A DNA stretch of 57,973 nt from a virus (taxonomy: Duplodnaviria > Caudoviricetes), in the IMG/VR virus record IMGVR_UViG_3300032086_002841, positions 1-57,973 of that record; one strand, 5' to 3'. A program made the position numbers and the translations under genes. The notes beneath the pieces were generated by a model that saw nothing but the letters and a program-made list of their open reading frames with translations, ran no database searches and was not told the origin of the DNA. This document shows, piece after piece, positions 26,701 through 35,718 of this stretch (position 1 is the first letter of the stretch; every line of letters starts with the position of its first letter).

Positions 26701-27676
26701 CTAAATCTATTGGATCATTTACCCAAGAAGATCCGTTATATCTTAAAACATCTCCATTAGCTAAACTTGTAAAACCTACATCACTTAGATCTGCGATACT
26801 TGCTGCTGTAATCCTGGCATCAGCTCTTGCATTTGTATAATATAAATTAGTAGAACCTTCTGTAATGCTGTCCGTATCAAACTCAGTAAAATCTACTGAA
26901 CCTGTAATAGTCCCAGATCCTTCTGTAAGTGTTATTCCTGTGCCACCTGTAAATGTGACTGTGCCACCTAATGCAACATCGGTTGAGTTAGATCCATCTG
27001 TGACTGTTATAGAACTATTACTAAATGCAGAGTTTGGAATATTAGTAAATGTGTTAGATGCACCACTAAGTGTTTTGTTTGTAAGTGTATCTGTAGAGGT
27101 TCTTGTTATTATTTCGTCATATGACTGATTCTCTCCTAAAACCCAACGATTTGTAGATACATCATAAAATATTCTTGCATCATCAGTATCTGAAGTTTCT
27201 ACAATAATACCTGCATCAACTTCGCTGTTACCTGTGTTAAGTTTTACGAAAGCATCATCAACTACAATGACTTCTGCTGTTGTATTTAAAAACTCTCCCT
27301 GAACATCAAGATTGCCTTGAATTGTAACTGATCCTGAGGTAGTCAAACCTGTAAATGTTGGGCTATCTCCTGTACCTAAACCTAAACTATCTCTTGCAGT
27401 TGATCCTGACTCAACAATCCATTGTGTACCATCTGATACAATAAACGAACCATCTGAATGTACTAGATTTCCTAATGTTGTTAAATCAACATCATATGCT
27501 TGTACATTAGAACCAATCTGTAAACCTAGACCAATTCTAAGATCTGCTAAAGAAGAGTAAGATCCACCTGTACCACCATCAGATAAACCTATAAAATCTG
27601 CTGATTGAAATTCAGCAAAACCATCAGGATTACCATCCCCATCATAATTCAGCCTTATTGGATCTTTTTCTGCCAT
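20735..27676 (-). CDS. Giant repeat-rich tail fibre (2313 aa)
   Basis: About 19 copies of TDDLSEGSTNLYYTDAR; repeated GDLTVSGTTTTVN modules; internal YYCSAHSGM domain. Confidence 0.85.
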   Translation of the reverse strand: MAEKDPIRLNYDGDGNPDGFAEFQSADFIGLSDGGTGGSYSSLADLRIGLGLQIGSNVQAYDVDLTTLGNLVHSDGSFIVSDGTQWIVESGSTARDSLGLGTGDSPTFTGLTTSGSVTIQGNLDVQGEFLNTTAEVIVVDDAFVKLNTGNSEVDAGIIVETSDTDDARIFYDVSTNRWVLGENQSYDEIITRTSTDTLTNKTLSGASNTFTNIPNSAFSNSSITVTDGSNSTDVALGGTVTFTGGTGITLTEGSGTITGSVDFTEFDTDSITEGSTNLYYTNARADARITAASIADLSDVGFTSLANGDVLRYNGSSWVNDPIDLATDTVGDFVQNLVAGTGISVSATSGEAQTPTVAVTMSSFDTDDLSEGSTNLYYTDARVNSAFDTRLATKDTDNLSEGSTNLYFTNERVDDRVGALLIDSTTSGIDISYDDTNNQLTLSVDLTEVEDSLEDIVNGLVVGGTGLSSTYDDTANTLTLALDFSEFDTGDITEGSNLFYTTARFDSAFSGKSTSDLSEGTNLYFTDERVDDRVANLLTAGSNITLTYDDTSGTLTIAATEDDLSNNTTTDLAEGTNLYHTTERVQDVVGDQLVTNGSHTGISFTYDDANDGAIDATVSLSGFSTSDLSEGTNLYYTDTRFDTRLATKTTDNLTEGSSNLYYTDSRARASVSVTDSGGDGSLAYNSSTGVITYTGPSASEVQAHLSAGTGISYSSGEFSIGQAVGTTDNVQFNNVQVDGTLTSDDITSSAISIDGDATITGDLTVSGTTTTVNSTTVTIDDPLVRYADNNTGNSADFGFYGKYVQSSTTKYGGLVWDASQSDKFRLFHGLQSEPTTTVDITGTGYALGTLLANIEGDLTGDVTGTVSSIANHSTSDLSEGTNLYYTTARFDTAFTGKSTSDLSEGTNLYYTDARFDTRLGTKDTGDLTEGTNLYYTDARADARIAAATTDDLTEGSTNLYFTNERVDDQVNALLTAGSNITLTYDDTAGTLTIAATEDNLSNNDTDDLSEGSTNLYFTNERAQDALGTALTMGTQTLITVTYDDTNNNFDFVVDNDLANYDNSTSAFTTLSSFSGGTNISFSSGTIAFDNTSDLDMNGQKVLFANIYSNVGDLPSASTYHGMFAHVHATGRAYYAHAGNWVELIGENEIGSGLTYSSGSLTADFTPTSTDTITNKTINFEDNTPIIEFAVTVANVSGNKYHLDGETAASIQLIPGITYRFDQSDGSNGGHPLVLSTTKDGTHNSGSSYTTNVTTNGSPGSSGAYTQIIVNAATPDTLYYYCSAHSGMGGDAVVSVQGTSLSASDTDDLTEGSSNLYYTDARARSSVSVTDSGGDGSLSYNSSTGVITYTGPSASEVQAHITAGTGVTISSGEVAIGQAVGTTSDVTFNDLTVSGDLTVSGTTTTVNTETINLADNIILLNSNATGSASENAGIEIERGSDTNVTLIWEETDNKWTVGSERFDAGSIYSTFTGNLTGNVTGTVSDVSNHDTDDISEGSTNLYYTNARFDTQLGTKDTDNLTEGSTNLYFTNTRADARISAASVGDLSDVDITTSAPTSGQALVWNATNSEFEPGDVTSSLTGLSDTTISSLATNEILAYNGSAWVNTDTPIFGSGTRLYASGSNTYFGPHLDFYTDSDSPAAGGTDIGGAGDTLGTINFYGNSTGSGNGGDFKYATISGRIDALGSKGALVITTSSSNVAEFTDDGMHLHAGRTIKFEGSSLNGFETKLTVANPTADRTVTFKNESGTVAYTADIPSFTDSLAEGGTNLYFTNARADARIAAADINDLNDVLFSDPTSSDDAKVISYSDTSGGFVLSSLAGLSGSGEVNTASNANVAGIGVFKQKTGEDLEFRGINAGSAKITVTNDTANDEIDIDFGTVSIADLSDVITTSVSDGQALVYSSSNSRFEPGDVTATLSGLTDTTITSPSNGQLIKYNGSAFVNFTADTDDIGEGSTNLYYTDARVNTAFDTRLAAKDTDDLSEGTTNLYYTDSRVQTKIDSYVTGGTGVSISSGAISIGQAVATTSDVTFNDLTVSGNLTVSGTTTTVNTETINLADNQIVLNSNATGSASENGGIEIERGDDANKTLIWDESIDKWTVGSETFVAGTFEGNATGITTGAITTLTEDTSPAETDLIVVYDGSAGALKKVQKSNFAASATFSVNDEMPLTLADGSSDPIQFTNVGTSATDLDLTLADGTVDPINITGTSNSATTFRDGDTDTFVRVESSNSDNDEIEMHTAGSERLKIDATAADFSVPVKLPNLTTTQRDALTGMTGGEQIFNTTTSKVNVYDGSSWIEVGGGSSGLANYFILGD

Positions 27677-28857
27677 TATTCACCCATGTTTATATCTTGT
27701 GTTTCTGTGCTACCATTTGCTAATGTTGATGTCAAAATCAAAGACTTTCCGTCTGTAGTCGGAGGCATTACAATCCTAGATAGTGTTGATCCATCAGATT
27801 GCAAAACTTCAACAGCTCTTGTACTCATAGCTACTGTAGAACCTCCACCATTAACTGATGCTGTAGTAGTTACAGGTATAAAATGATTTTTTAAAGGAAC
27901 ACCACTACCTGAACCTCCACTAAGCACTAATGGCATTTTACCACTATGACTATGAGTTATCGGTATCTTGGCATTCAAAGTAACAGATCTAGCACTTGAG
28001 TCAGTAATAATATCTAACTTACCATCTCTTTCAACTCTAGTAATTGAAGGACTTGCTGTGTCTAAACTTAAAGTATCTGTTGTACTAGCAGCTGTAATAG
28101 TAGTCTGATTTGGTGCAGAAACACTCTTAAATATATCTTGAGTGCCTGTACCTGATGATGTGGATGCTATTGTGATTTGATCGTTGTTAGCATCTGCGCT
28201 AAGGGTAATTCCTGAACCTGCAATAAAAGTTAAAGTATCTGTTTCTCCGTCTGCCTCTAAATTTGATCCACTAGCAGATCCAGATCCTGAAGTTACTGCA
28301 AATGTTGAAAATGCATTAGCAGCAGTATTTGTATTTGATATTGTTATTTTTTTAGGACTAGAACTAGTATTAGTTGATATTCCAATACCAGATCCTGCCT
28401 CAAATTCTATATTTTCAGATGTAGAACTAGCAGATATTGTAGTTGATCCATTTACGACTATTCCTGCAAAGGCATATTGAGTATTATCTATAGTTGTCCA
28501 AGAAATATTACCTAATCCATCTGTTGTAAGAACTTGACCTGAATCACCATCTGCACCTGCTATTCGTAATTTACCTGATAGGATATCTACTCTTTGTGAG
28601 CTGTCAATTTTTAAAGCCTCTACGCTAGCAGTACCAAGTTTAATGTATGTGCTTGACGCAGTAGTACCTATAGATAAATTACCATCAGATACAAGTGTTT
28701 GACCATCCATGTATAGATTGTCATTTAAAGAAACTATTTGTACTGTGGCATTCGAGAGAGTGTAGCCCTCTCCTGAGGAAGATGAGTCAAAGAAGTCGTC
28801 TTGAGTAGTGAGATTATTTATCTCTAGTGTTGATCTACTGTGAGTTGTTAAGGACAT
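27676..28857 (-). CDS. Ser/Thr-rich tail/fibre protein
   Basis: GQVLTTDGLGNISW and repeated DTLTF.AGSGI modules. Confidence 0.7.
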   Translation of the reverse strand: MSLTTHSRSTLEINNLTTQDDFFDSSSSGEGYTLSNATVQIVSLNDNLYMDGQTLVSDGNLSIGTTASSTYIKLGTASVEALKIDSSQRVDILSGKLRIAGADGDSGQVLTTDGLGNISWTTIDNTQYAFAGIVVNGSTTISASSTSENIEFEAGSGIGISTNTSSSPKKITISNTNTAANAFSTFAVTSGSGSASGSNLEADGETDTLTFIAGSGITLSADANNDQITIASTSSGTGTQDIFKSVSAPNQTTITAASTTDTLSLDTASPSITRVERDGKLDIITDSSARSVTLNAKIPITHSHSGKMPLVLSGGSGSGVPLKNHFIPVTTTASVNGGGSTVAMSTRAVEVLQSDGSTLSRIVMPPTTDGKSLILTSTLANGSTETQDINMGE

Positions 28858-29095
28858 TTCTTATCTCCTGTATGTCGTATGTACCTCCCAAATCTTCATA
28901 AGCATCTGTTAGTATTTTTAATGCTCGTTTTCTCTCATCTACTTCATACTTCCATTCTGCATAATCAGGGTGATCTTCAGAATATGAAATTACAAGCAGA
29001 GAAAATAATGTCCCCTCGCCATCAAAAATTTGATTGAGGAGTAGTCTTTTCTTTGCTTTATCGTCAAATATTTTAAACTCATGTGATTCTGGCAT
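28835..29095 (-). CDS. Small acidic protein (fibre-chaperone-like)
   Basis: Shares MPxxHE(F/Y)xIFD...YExLGGT(Y/F)D with 30107-30322. Confidence 0.6.
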   Translation of the reverse strand: MPESHEFKIFDDKAKKRLLLNQIFDGEGTLFSLLVISYSEDHPDYAEWKYEVDERKRALKILTDAYEDLGGTYDIQEIRNVLNNSQ

Positions 29096-29114
29096 AATCT
29101 CCCTTAATACTTTA

Positions 29115-29144
29115 ATAATACTTATTTAATTAATAATTTAAGGT
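29115..29144 (-). promoter_or_regulatory. Promoter CCTTAA-N17-TATTAT
   Basis: Copy of the recurrent motif. Confidence 0.5.
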
Positions 29145-29150
29145 AATTGA

Positions 29151-29342
29151 CTAACCTTCAAGCTCTGTTAGTTTAGCTTTTAGATCTGTAATTCTTGCTG
29201 TGACTTCAGCTATTTCTGCATCATGAACACCATCAGTATTTGATAGTTCCATTTCAAATATTCTCTCTTCTTCATTCTTAATTCTTGCTTGAACAAAGGA
29301 TATTTGATCATCATTTGATAAGTATTCGTATGTATAAGGCAT
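29151..29342 (-). CDS. Small coiled-coil protein
   Basis: Helical heptad pattern; AGGTAG SD. Confidence 0.65.
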   Translation of the reverse strand: MPYTYEYLSNDDQISFVQARIKNEEERIFEMELSNTDGVHDAEIAEVTARITDLKAKLTELEG

Positions 29343-29363
29343 AACTAAATACTACCTACCTTT

Positions 29364-30110
29364 TTAAAATCTTTGAGTAATTGATCTGTATGCGTTTTTA
29401 AATTTAGTAGAAAGCATATTTTTTTGTGCAGTATCTTCATATACTTGCTTTTTGCTCATTTGCCCTACATCTAAGTTGAAATTTTCTCTTTTAAATGGAA
29501 TAACCTGTAAAAAAGGAGTTCCTCTATCTATAATTAAATCTTTTGTTGTGTGAATTATTGTAGGAAAATTAACATGATGATATTTGTCAGTTTCTACAAT
29601 TCCTGGTAGCACAGTAAATCTTTTTTCAAACTGGTAAGTAGGTGTCATAAACATTACTGAATATCCTGGTGGTGTATATATTCGCCAAGGATTTACAAAC
29701 TTCACACCTTCAGGAAAATCTGCTTTTCTCAAATCCCAATTATAAATTTGATTATTAGGATGAAACTCTATTCCATAAGGAAAATTTTTGTTATCCCATT
29801 CAAGTTCATTCTTATTTCTTTGCAGTAGGTAATCGCACCACATAGGAATAATAAATCCTTCAGTTATAAGATCTATAATAGCTGGACATCTTTTGACTGT
29901 ACCTTGACTCCATTTTTTTGATGTTTCACCAGTCTTACCAAATTTATTAGGATAACCATTTGGATTAGGTGGGGATTGTATGTCATCATCCATACTTTTA
30001 AACCATTTAGGTAAAAAGTAATTAGATTTTTGAACAGGGGCAGATATTTCAAGACCAGCAACATCGGTCTTAAATTCTATAAATTGTTTTCCTCCCAAAG
30101 AAAATTTCAA
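29364..30110 (-). CDS. CP-motif jelly-roll protein, paralog 3
   Basis: TVKRCPAIIDLITEGFIIPMWCD, KFVNPWRIYTPPGYS and LPGIVETD. Confidence 0.6.
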   Translation of the reverse strand: MKFSLGGKQFIEFKTDVAGLEISAPVQKSNYFLPKWFKSMDDDIQSPPNPNGYPNKFGKTGETSKKWSQGTVKRCPAIIDLITEGFIIPMWCDYLLQRNKNELEWDNKNFPYGIEFHPNNQIYNWDLRKADFPEGVKFVNPWRIYTPPGYSVMFMTPTYQFEKRFTVLPGIVETDKYHHVNFPTIIHTTKDLIIDRGTPFLQVIPFKRENFNLDVGQMSKKQVYEDTAQKNMLSTKFKNAYRSITQRF

Positions 30111-30322
30111 TCGAAAGTTCCACCTAACGCTTCATATTGATTAATTTTTTCAGTTAGTTCTGATTCGATTTCATCAATAACATCTTGATCTGGACTTTCT
30201 AGTTGAGATACTAAATAGTGTTGATGCTCATAGGCTTTTATTTCATGAGATAATCTTGCTAATTTATCTGCATCGCTTTCCAAGTCTGTTGCTGCATCAA
30301 ATATTCTATATTCGTGTGGCAT
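30107..30322 (-). CDS. Small acidic protein (paralog of 28835-29095)
   Basis: MPHEYRIFD...YEALGGTFD. Confidence 0.6.
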   Translation of the reverse strand: MPHEYRIFDAATDLESDADKLARLSHEIKAYEHQHYLVSQLESPDQDVIDEIESELTEKINQYEALGGTFD

Positions 30323-33300
30323 TATACTCCTTCAAGTTCATCTATTCTAGCTTCTAGTAATTCTATCTTAGCAGATAATTCCTGAACAGATTTAACTAAT
30401 GGTGGTATAAAATCTGTTGGTCTTATGTAACCTACAGGATTTGACTCATCTAAAGTATCTTGTTCATCTTTATTTCTAGGATTATATGTCAAACCAGAAA
30501 AAGCATTGTTAGATCCTGTTTGATCAAATACTGCTTGTTTTACTTCATCTACAATAAAACCTTGTTGTATGTTTGTATATATATCTCTAGCTACGATTGC
30601 ATGCTTATCAGTTGGATCTAGTAAATCATCTAAATAATCTGATGTCCAATCAAACTCTCTTGGTTGTAGTCTTTTAATAAATTCTAAACCTAATGAAGTA
30701 TCATCAATGTTTGTTTTAAATCTTCTATCAGAAGATAAGTGACCAGATATATAAGCATTATAGTGACTGTTAACTGCTGCTGCTATAGCAGCACTATGAG
30801 AGCTATTACTATTTTTATGAGAGTTAAAATTACTAATGTGGTTTAGGTAATCGTTATAGTAAACATAAGTTCCATGAGCAGTATTACTATTAAAGTGGCT
30901 TTCATTACCTGTCAGATAACCACTATGACTATGATGACTTCCATCTACATCTGCATTTGTAAAATAGTTATGAGAGTTATGTAGTGCAGAGTTATTAGCT
31001 TTATTGTTAAGTGCTGAGTTGATTGTGTTATATAAGTTAAATGCACCAGCAGCAGAAAAAGCTGTATTGTAAGCAGTCACATTATTGTTGTAATTAGAAG
31101 TTATTGCATTTATATTATTTGTACCATGAGAGTGATTATCATTTGTTAATACATTTGTATTACCTTGTGTAGTCACATCAGCTAATGTAAGTCCATGTGC
31201 AGTTCCTGAATTACCTACAGTTTGTGCTATGTGATTAACCATTCCTGTAAAGGAAGTGTTTGTATTTAAAACTGTATTAGTTGCATGAGAGTGGTTAGTG
31301 TCTGATAAAACTGTTCCTGAATTAGGGAAACTTATATTACCATGTGAGTGTCCACCTACTGATTGCCATTGAACTCCATTAGTTGTGTAAGTTAAAACAT
31401 CACCAGAACTTGCATTTGCGCTACCACCTATATGTAATTGGGTGCTGTTTGGAATATGTAATGTAGGTGAACTTAAAGAAGATCCTTCAATGTAAAGGTT
31501 TTCTTGTTTTAGTGTTGTGTCACCCTGACCTGTTACACCACCAGCTTGTATTGTTATGTCATCACCAGAGTTATATCCTCTTATAGTAAATCTATCTGCG
31601 TTTGTTGCCTCAATAAAAGCAACTGTTCCTGAGTTGTAAATAAAATCTACTGCTGCACCAGATCCTGCACCAAACCTTAATCTATTTGCACCTGTGCTTG
31701 ATTGTATATATGCTGAAGATCCTGCTGATAAGTTTTGATCTACTGTACCACTTATAAGACCTCTAGCAGTAATGTTGTTGAATACTGCATCTCCATCTGC
31801 ACCAATTTCAAATCCTGTTGTAGGATAATTTGAAGTTGTCAGAACATCACTATTAATTGTTATACCACCAACAGTTCCGTCTGTTATGTCATCACCATCT
31901 TGTAAAGGTGTAAAGTTTAATTGACCTGTGGTAATACTGTTTGTAGTAATATTTCCACCATCAATAGTTGTTGATCCTGAGTTCACATCACTTGCTGCAC
32001 CACCAACTGCTATAAAATCAGTATCAAGTCTGTCTGAAGATAAAGTACCTGCTGTAATGTCACTAGCGTTTAGTGATCCTCTAATAGTTGCATTTTGAAA
32101 CTCTGCTGTTCCATCTGATGTTATAGCCCAACCTGTAGATCCTGACACATAATTAGATGATTTGATTATAGAATCATTACCGGTATCACCACTAGCATCA
32201 AGAATAATTGTTTGACCTGATATCGTACCTGCTGTGACTTTTCCTGCTGAAACATCTGCAACTTTTAGATCTGTAATTGCTGCGTTAGCTATTAATGCAT
32301 TTGTGACAGCTAAGTTTGCAATATTTTGTGAATTAACTAAATCTGCATTACCACTTTGCTCATCAGAAGGTTCAGATTCATTACCTGAGCTATCAACTGC
32401 TGTGACTCTAAAATAATGCGTATCGGCATTATCCAGATCAATGTACCCTACAGCAGCTATTCCATTTTGTATATGAGCAGAAGAAGCTAGTAGTTCTCCA
32501 ATTTTAAATCCTGATTGTACGACTTTTTTAGTAGATGAATTGTATTCAAGATTAAAACCTTGCGTTGTAGATCCATAAATATTTAAATGACTTATATCTT
32601 TTGCTAAAGTGAAATCTACAACAGGGCTTACTGCACTACCACTACTATCTTTAGCTTGACCTAAGTTATGAACAAACTGTACTCTTAAAGGGTTAGATGC
32701 TATTGTTGCAAAAGTATCAGGTTTATTTGGTGCGCCTGCATCAGCAGGAGTTTGTACTGAAGTTATAGTAGTGAAAGAACTATCAAATCCTGATAAGTCT
32801 AAAGCAGCTACGCCTACTTCGTAATATAAATTAGGGGAAAGATCATAAATAATAAATTCTCTAGTGCTAAAAGATACTGCTGAATAAACATACTCAGTTG
32901 CTTGTGTGTCATTACTATCAATAATATTGTTTCCATCACTATCTTGTACTACTCTCCAACGAAGTCTATATTGATCACCATCGGTAATTGTACTTCCGTC
33001 TTCATTAGTTGGCTCTTGCCATGTCATTTTTATAAATGCTTTTGAAATACCATTACCATCAGAATATGTTCCTGCAACAGTTGTTAAATTACTTGGCGCG
33101 CTTGGTACAGACTTATCATGACCACCAACTTGATCTACTGAATACCCACTAAATCCTAAACTTTCACTTATGGTTGGTGCAACATCTCCTATTTCTAGTT
33201 GCACATCTCCTTCTTCCCAAAGACAATAATCTGTAAGTTCTAAATAAGTACCATCTGACTTTCTATAAAAAACACCATATCCTGACTTGATAGGCCATGT

Positions 33301-34386
33301 TATTCCTAAAATACGAATTTTTGTTGGATTTAATACTTGTCCTTGATAAACAGTTTCGAACAAGCTAGATCTTCCATCAGTAATTCTATCTGCCTCTGTA
33401 TCAACAAAACCTATATCAGGATCAAAAATAAATATTTTATCACCGACTACGAAGTCACCTGCTATGTCGTACTCATCTAAAGAAACATTTAATTGTTTTT
33501 TAACTAAATTTAATTCATTCAAATAAGCACTTGCTCTGTCTGCTTTCAATCCTGCTTGTGTTTGTGGTTCAGAAATATATTGAGTTCTTAAAAGATCTTC
33601 TCCAAATAAATCATTGTATGGGTTTGATGAAACTGTAGCATTACCAATGTTTGCTTCTTTACCATATTTGCTACCAATTAATTCAACAGAACTTACAAAT
33701 TCTGACGCATCATACTGAGCAACCAAACTAGTAGTAGATAAACCTGTAATGTTTGGATCTTCACCTGTTTGACCTCTAACAATTATTGCTGTTGGATCAG
33801 TACTGTGTCCTGAAAATAAAGTTGCTGACGGTCCTGCATCTAATAAACCTTTTGTACTAATTTTAAATTCTACTCCTAAATCTTGGCATATAAATTGAAG
33901 AGCTTTCAAAACTGATTCTGTGTAATGTTTACCTGTGTAGGTAGAGTTGTCAGTAGGTTCTGTTATTGTTCCTTTTCTGATAGGACCTTGTGAACCATTT
34001 TCTTGCCTTAAAATACCTTTAGGAGTTCCTGTACCATCTAATGTTTGTTCTAAAGTTTTATTGTTATAAGCTCTAACACCTGATGCACCACCTGTTTGTG
34101 CTATAGGCATACCTCTAGTATCACCATCACCTAAATATGCAACTAGTCCTTGTCCGTTAACAAGTACTGTAGATTCATCACCCATTTCCAATGAATACAC
34201 AATGCCTGTGTATCTTGCAGAATCCAAAAGAGTTGAATCACTAAATTCTTGTACATTTAAGTCACCAGGAACTATAACAATGTGTCCCCATGCATCTATT
34301 TGATTTATTATGTTATTTGGCGTAGTTTCTTTATTAAGTGTCAGATTAAACTGACCTGGTGCCATTAACTTTTCTGTGACACTCAT
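30322..34386 (-). CDS. Central tail/tail-tip protein with FN3 domains, a His/Asn-rich stalk and a C-terminal S74 intramolecular chaperone
   Basis: FN3 motifs (TWQEP, YFRVTAVD.SGNES); SSDRRFKTNI..LGLEFIKRLQP and PLVKSVQELSAKIELLE. Confidence 0.85.
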   Translation of the reverse strand: MSVTEKLMAPGQFNLTLNKETTPNNIINQIDAWGHIVIVPGDLNVQEFSDSTLLDSARYTGIVYSLEMGDESTVLVNGQGLVAYLGDGDTRGMPIAQTGGASGVRAYNNKTLEQTLDGTGTPKGILRQENGSQGPIRKGTITEPTDNSTYTGKHYTESVLKALQFICQDLGVEFKISTKGLLDAGPSATLFSGHSTDPTAIIVRGQTGEDPNITGLSTTSLVAQYDASEFVSSVELIGSKYGKEANIGNATVSSNPYNDLFGEDLLRTQYISEPQTQAGLKADRASAYLNELNLVKKQLNVSLDEYDIAGDFVVGDKIFIFDPDIGFVDTEADRITDGRSSLFETVYQGQVLNPTKIRILGITWPIKSGYGVFYRKSDGTYLELTDYCLWEEGDVQLEIGDVAPTISESLGFSGYSVDQVGGHDKSVPSAPSNLTTVAGTYSDGNGISKAFIKMTWQEPTNEDGSTITDGDQYRLRWRVVQDSDGNNIIDSNDTQATEYVYSAVSFSTREFIIYDLSPNLYYEVGVAALDLSGFDSSFTTITSVQTPADAGAPNKPDTFATIASNPLRVQFVHNLGQAKDSSGSAVSPVVDFTLAKDISHLNIYGSTTQGFNLEYNSSTKKVVQSGFKIGELLASSAHIQNGIAAVGYIDLDNADTHYFRVTAVDSSGNESEPSDEQSGNADLVNSQNIANLAVTNALIANAAITDLKVADVSAGKVTAGTISGQTIILDASGDTGNDSIIKSSNYVSGSTGWAITSDGTAEFQNATIRGSLNASDITAGTLSSDRLDTDFIAVGGAASDVNSGSTTIDGGNITTNSITTGQLNFTPLQDGDDITDGTVGGITINSDVLTTSNYPTTGFEIGADGDAVFNNITARGLISGTVDQNLSAGSSAYIQSSTGANRLRFGAGSGAAVDFIYNSGTVAFIEATNADRFTIRGYNSGDDITIQAGGVTGQGDTTLKQENLYIEGSSLSSPTLHIPNSTQLHIGGSANASSGDVLTYTTNGVQWQSVGGHSHGNISFPNSGTVLSDTNHSHATNTVLNTNTSFTGMVNHIAQTVGNSGTAHGLTLADVTTQGNTNVLTNDNHSHGTNNINAITSNYNNNVTAYNTAFSAAGAFNLYNTINSALNNKANNSALHNSHNYFTNADVDGSHHSHSGYLTGNESHFNSNTAHGTYVYYNDYLNHISNFNSHKNSNSSHSAAIAAAVNSHYNAYISGHLSSDRRFKTNIDDTSLGLEFIKRLQPREFDWTSDYLDDLLDPTDKHAIVARDIYTNIQQGFIVDEVKQAVFDQTGSNNAFSGLTYNPRNKDEQDTLDESNPVGYIRPTDFIPPLVKSVQELSAKIELLEARIDELEGV

Positions 34387-35618
34387 GATTTTACTAAGCG
34401 CACAGTTTCAAATACATTATCAAGATATTGATCTCTTATCTTATCTTTAGTATCTATTGAACTAGCGCTATCCCCATCAAACTCATAACCAATAAAGAAT
34501 TTCATTGTTGCAGTATTGGATGTAGTTTCAATTCCACCATTAGTTGCGTCCACATCAAAGTTCTGAGGTGAACCTAAAACTATTCTGTTTCCATCAGCAT
34601 CTGCATTAGTCATATAAGAATAAGATGTAGCATCTGTGTAAGGTACAGTAGCTGTTGGCTTTATATTAAATTGACCTGATGACCATTGTGTTGCAACACC
34701 TGAAAAATGCCTTGCACCTCTTCTAAGTGTTATATCGAATGTAAGTCTTTGATCTCTAGCAGTAGCATCATAATAACTTGTAAGTCTAATAGTGGCTACT
34801 TCAGGTTCGTTTTTTAGAATCTGTATAGATCTCCAACCTTGCCACTCTGTTTCACTTGTGCCTCTCGATATTGCGAATGTATGTGTAGATTTATAACCAT
34901 CTCCGTCATAACACTTAGTGACAAATCTGCTTTCAGTCAAAGTATTATCAAATGTCATTTGAACTAAACCATTTTGTAATTTGACTGATGATGGAGAATT
35001 ATTTGGAGATTCAAGCCCACATCTTAACCTTGTGATATCACTTACATCATCACTATAAACTTCACAGGCATTTTTATAAAAGTCTGAAGGATCTACTAAA
35101 TATTTAGCATTATAACTTCTTATGCTAGAACCAAACTTAACTTGTAGATCTCCATCTTCTCCAGATCTAATAAAATTAGTTGGATCTGATGAATGACTGT
35201 GAGAATAATGATTAGTAGGTGGTGCGTATATCTGTGCTGTAGTAGATGTTATGGAGTGATCATTTTCAATCAATGCACCTGAAAATTGTGTTTCAAATTC
35301 TATTTCACCCATATTACCTAAGTATTCAAGATCTATAGAGTAGTCATATCCACCAACCATAACTCTGTTAGTGTTTACTGATGCACTATTTACTTTCACA
35401 TATCCTTCTAAAGAAGTATCACCTTGCCAAATAAAAGGAACTGTATAATATCCATTAGCACAAGATAAAAGCTCATCTCTTAAATATTTAACTTCTGCTA
35501 ATGTATCTGCAACAAATTTTCCATTAATACTTAAAGATCTAGTATTACCACTTCTCGAATCTGTTAATTGTGATGGAGAAGTAAATGTCAATCTTCCTAT
35601 AGTTATTGTGTTAGCCAT
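34383..35618 (-). CDS. Minor tail protein (distal-tail-like)
   Basis: Position after the tape measure; beta-rich sequence. Confidence 0.6.
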   Translation of the reverse strand: MANTITIGRLTFTSPSQLTDSRSGNTRSLSINGKFVADTLAEVKYLRDELLSCANGYYTVPFIWQGDTSLEGYVKVNSASVNTNRVMVGGYDYSIDLEYLGNMGEIEFETQFSGALIENDHSITSTTAQIYAPPTNHYSHSHSSDPTNFIRSGEDGDLQVKFGSSIRSYNAKYLVDPSDFYKNACEVYSDDVSDITRLRCGLESPNNSPSSVKLQNGLVQMTFDNTLTESRFVTKCYDGDGYKSTHTFAISRGTSETEWQGWRSIQILKNEPEVATIRLTSYYDATARDQRLTFDITLRRGARHFSGVATQWSSGQFNIKPTATVPYTDATSYSYMTNADADGNRIVLGSPQNFDVDATNGGIETTSNTATMKFFIGYEFDGDSASSIDTKDKIRDQYLDNVFETVRLVKS

Positions 35619-35718
35619 AATATCTGCACCTCATACATTCTTCATAATTTATTTTAAACATATATTCTCCACATTTGATACAAGGCTCTAAATCTTTACC
35701 TGATTTATTGTCAATCAT
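35611..35718 (-). CDS. 35-aa zinc-ribbon peptide
   Basis: MIDNKSGKDLEPCIKCGEYMFKINYEECMRCRYYG; ATGA overlap upstream. Confidence 0.55.
   Translation of the reverse strand: MIDNKSGKDLEPCIKCGEYMFKINYEECMRCRYYG

Noticed and set aside
20889-28480. Plus-strand ORFs of 60-125 aa listed over the fibre genes (and similar ones over other large genes)
   Set aside because: Antisense shadows of biased coding sequence, with no SD, promoter or family motif.
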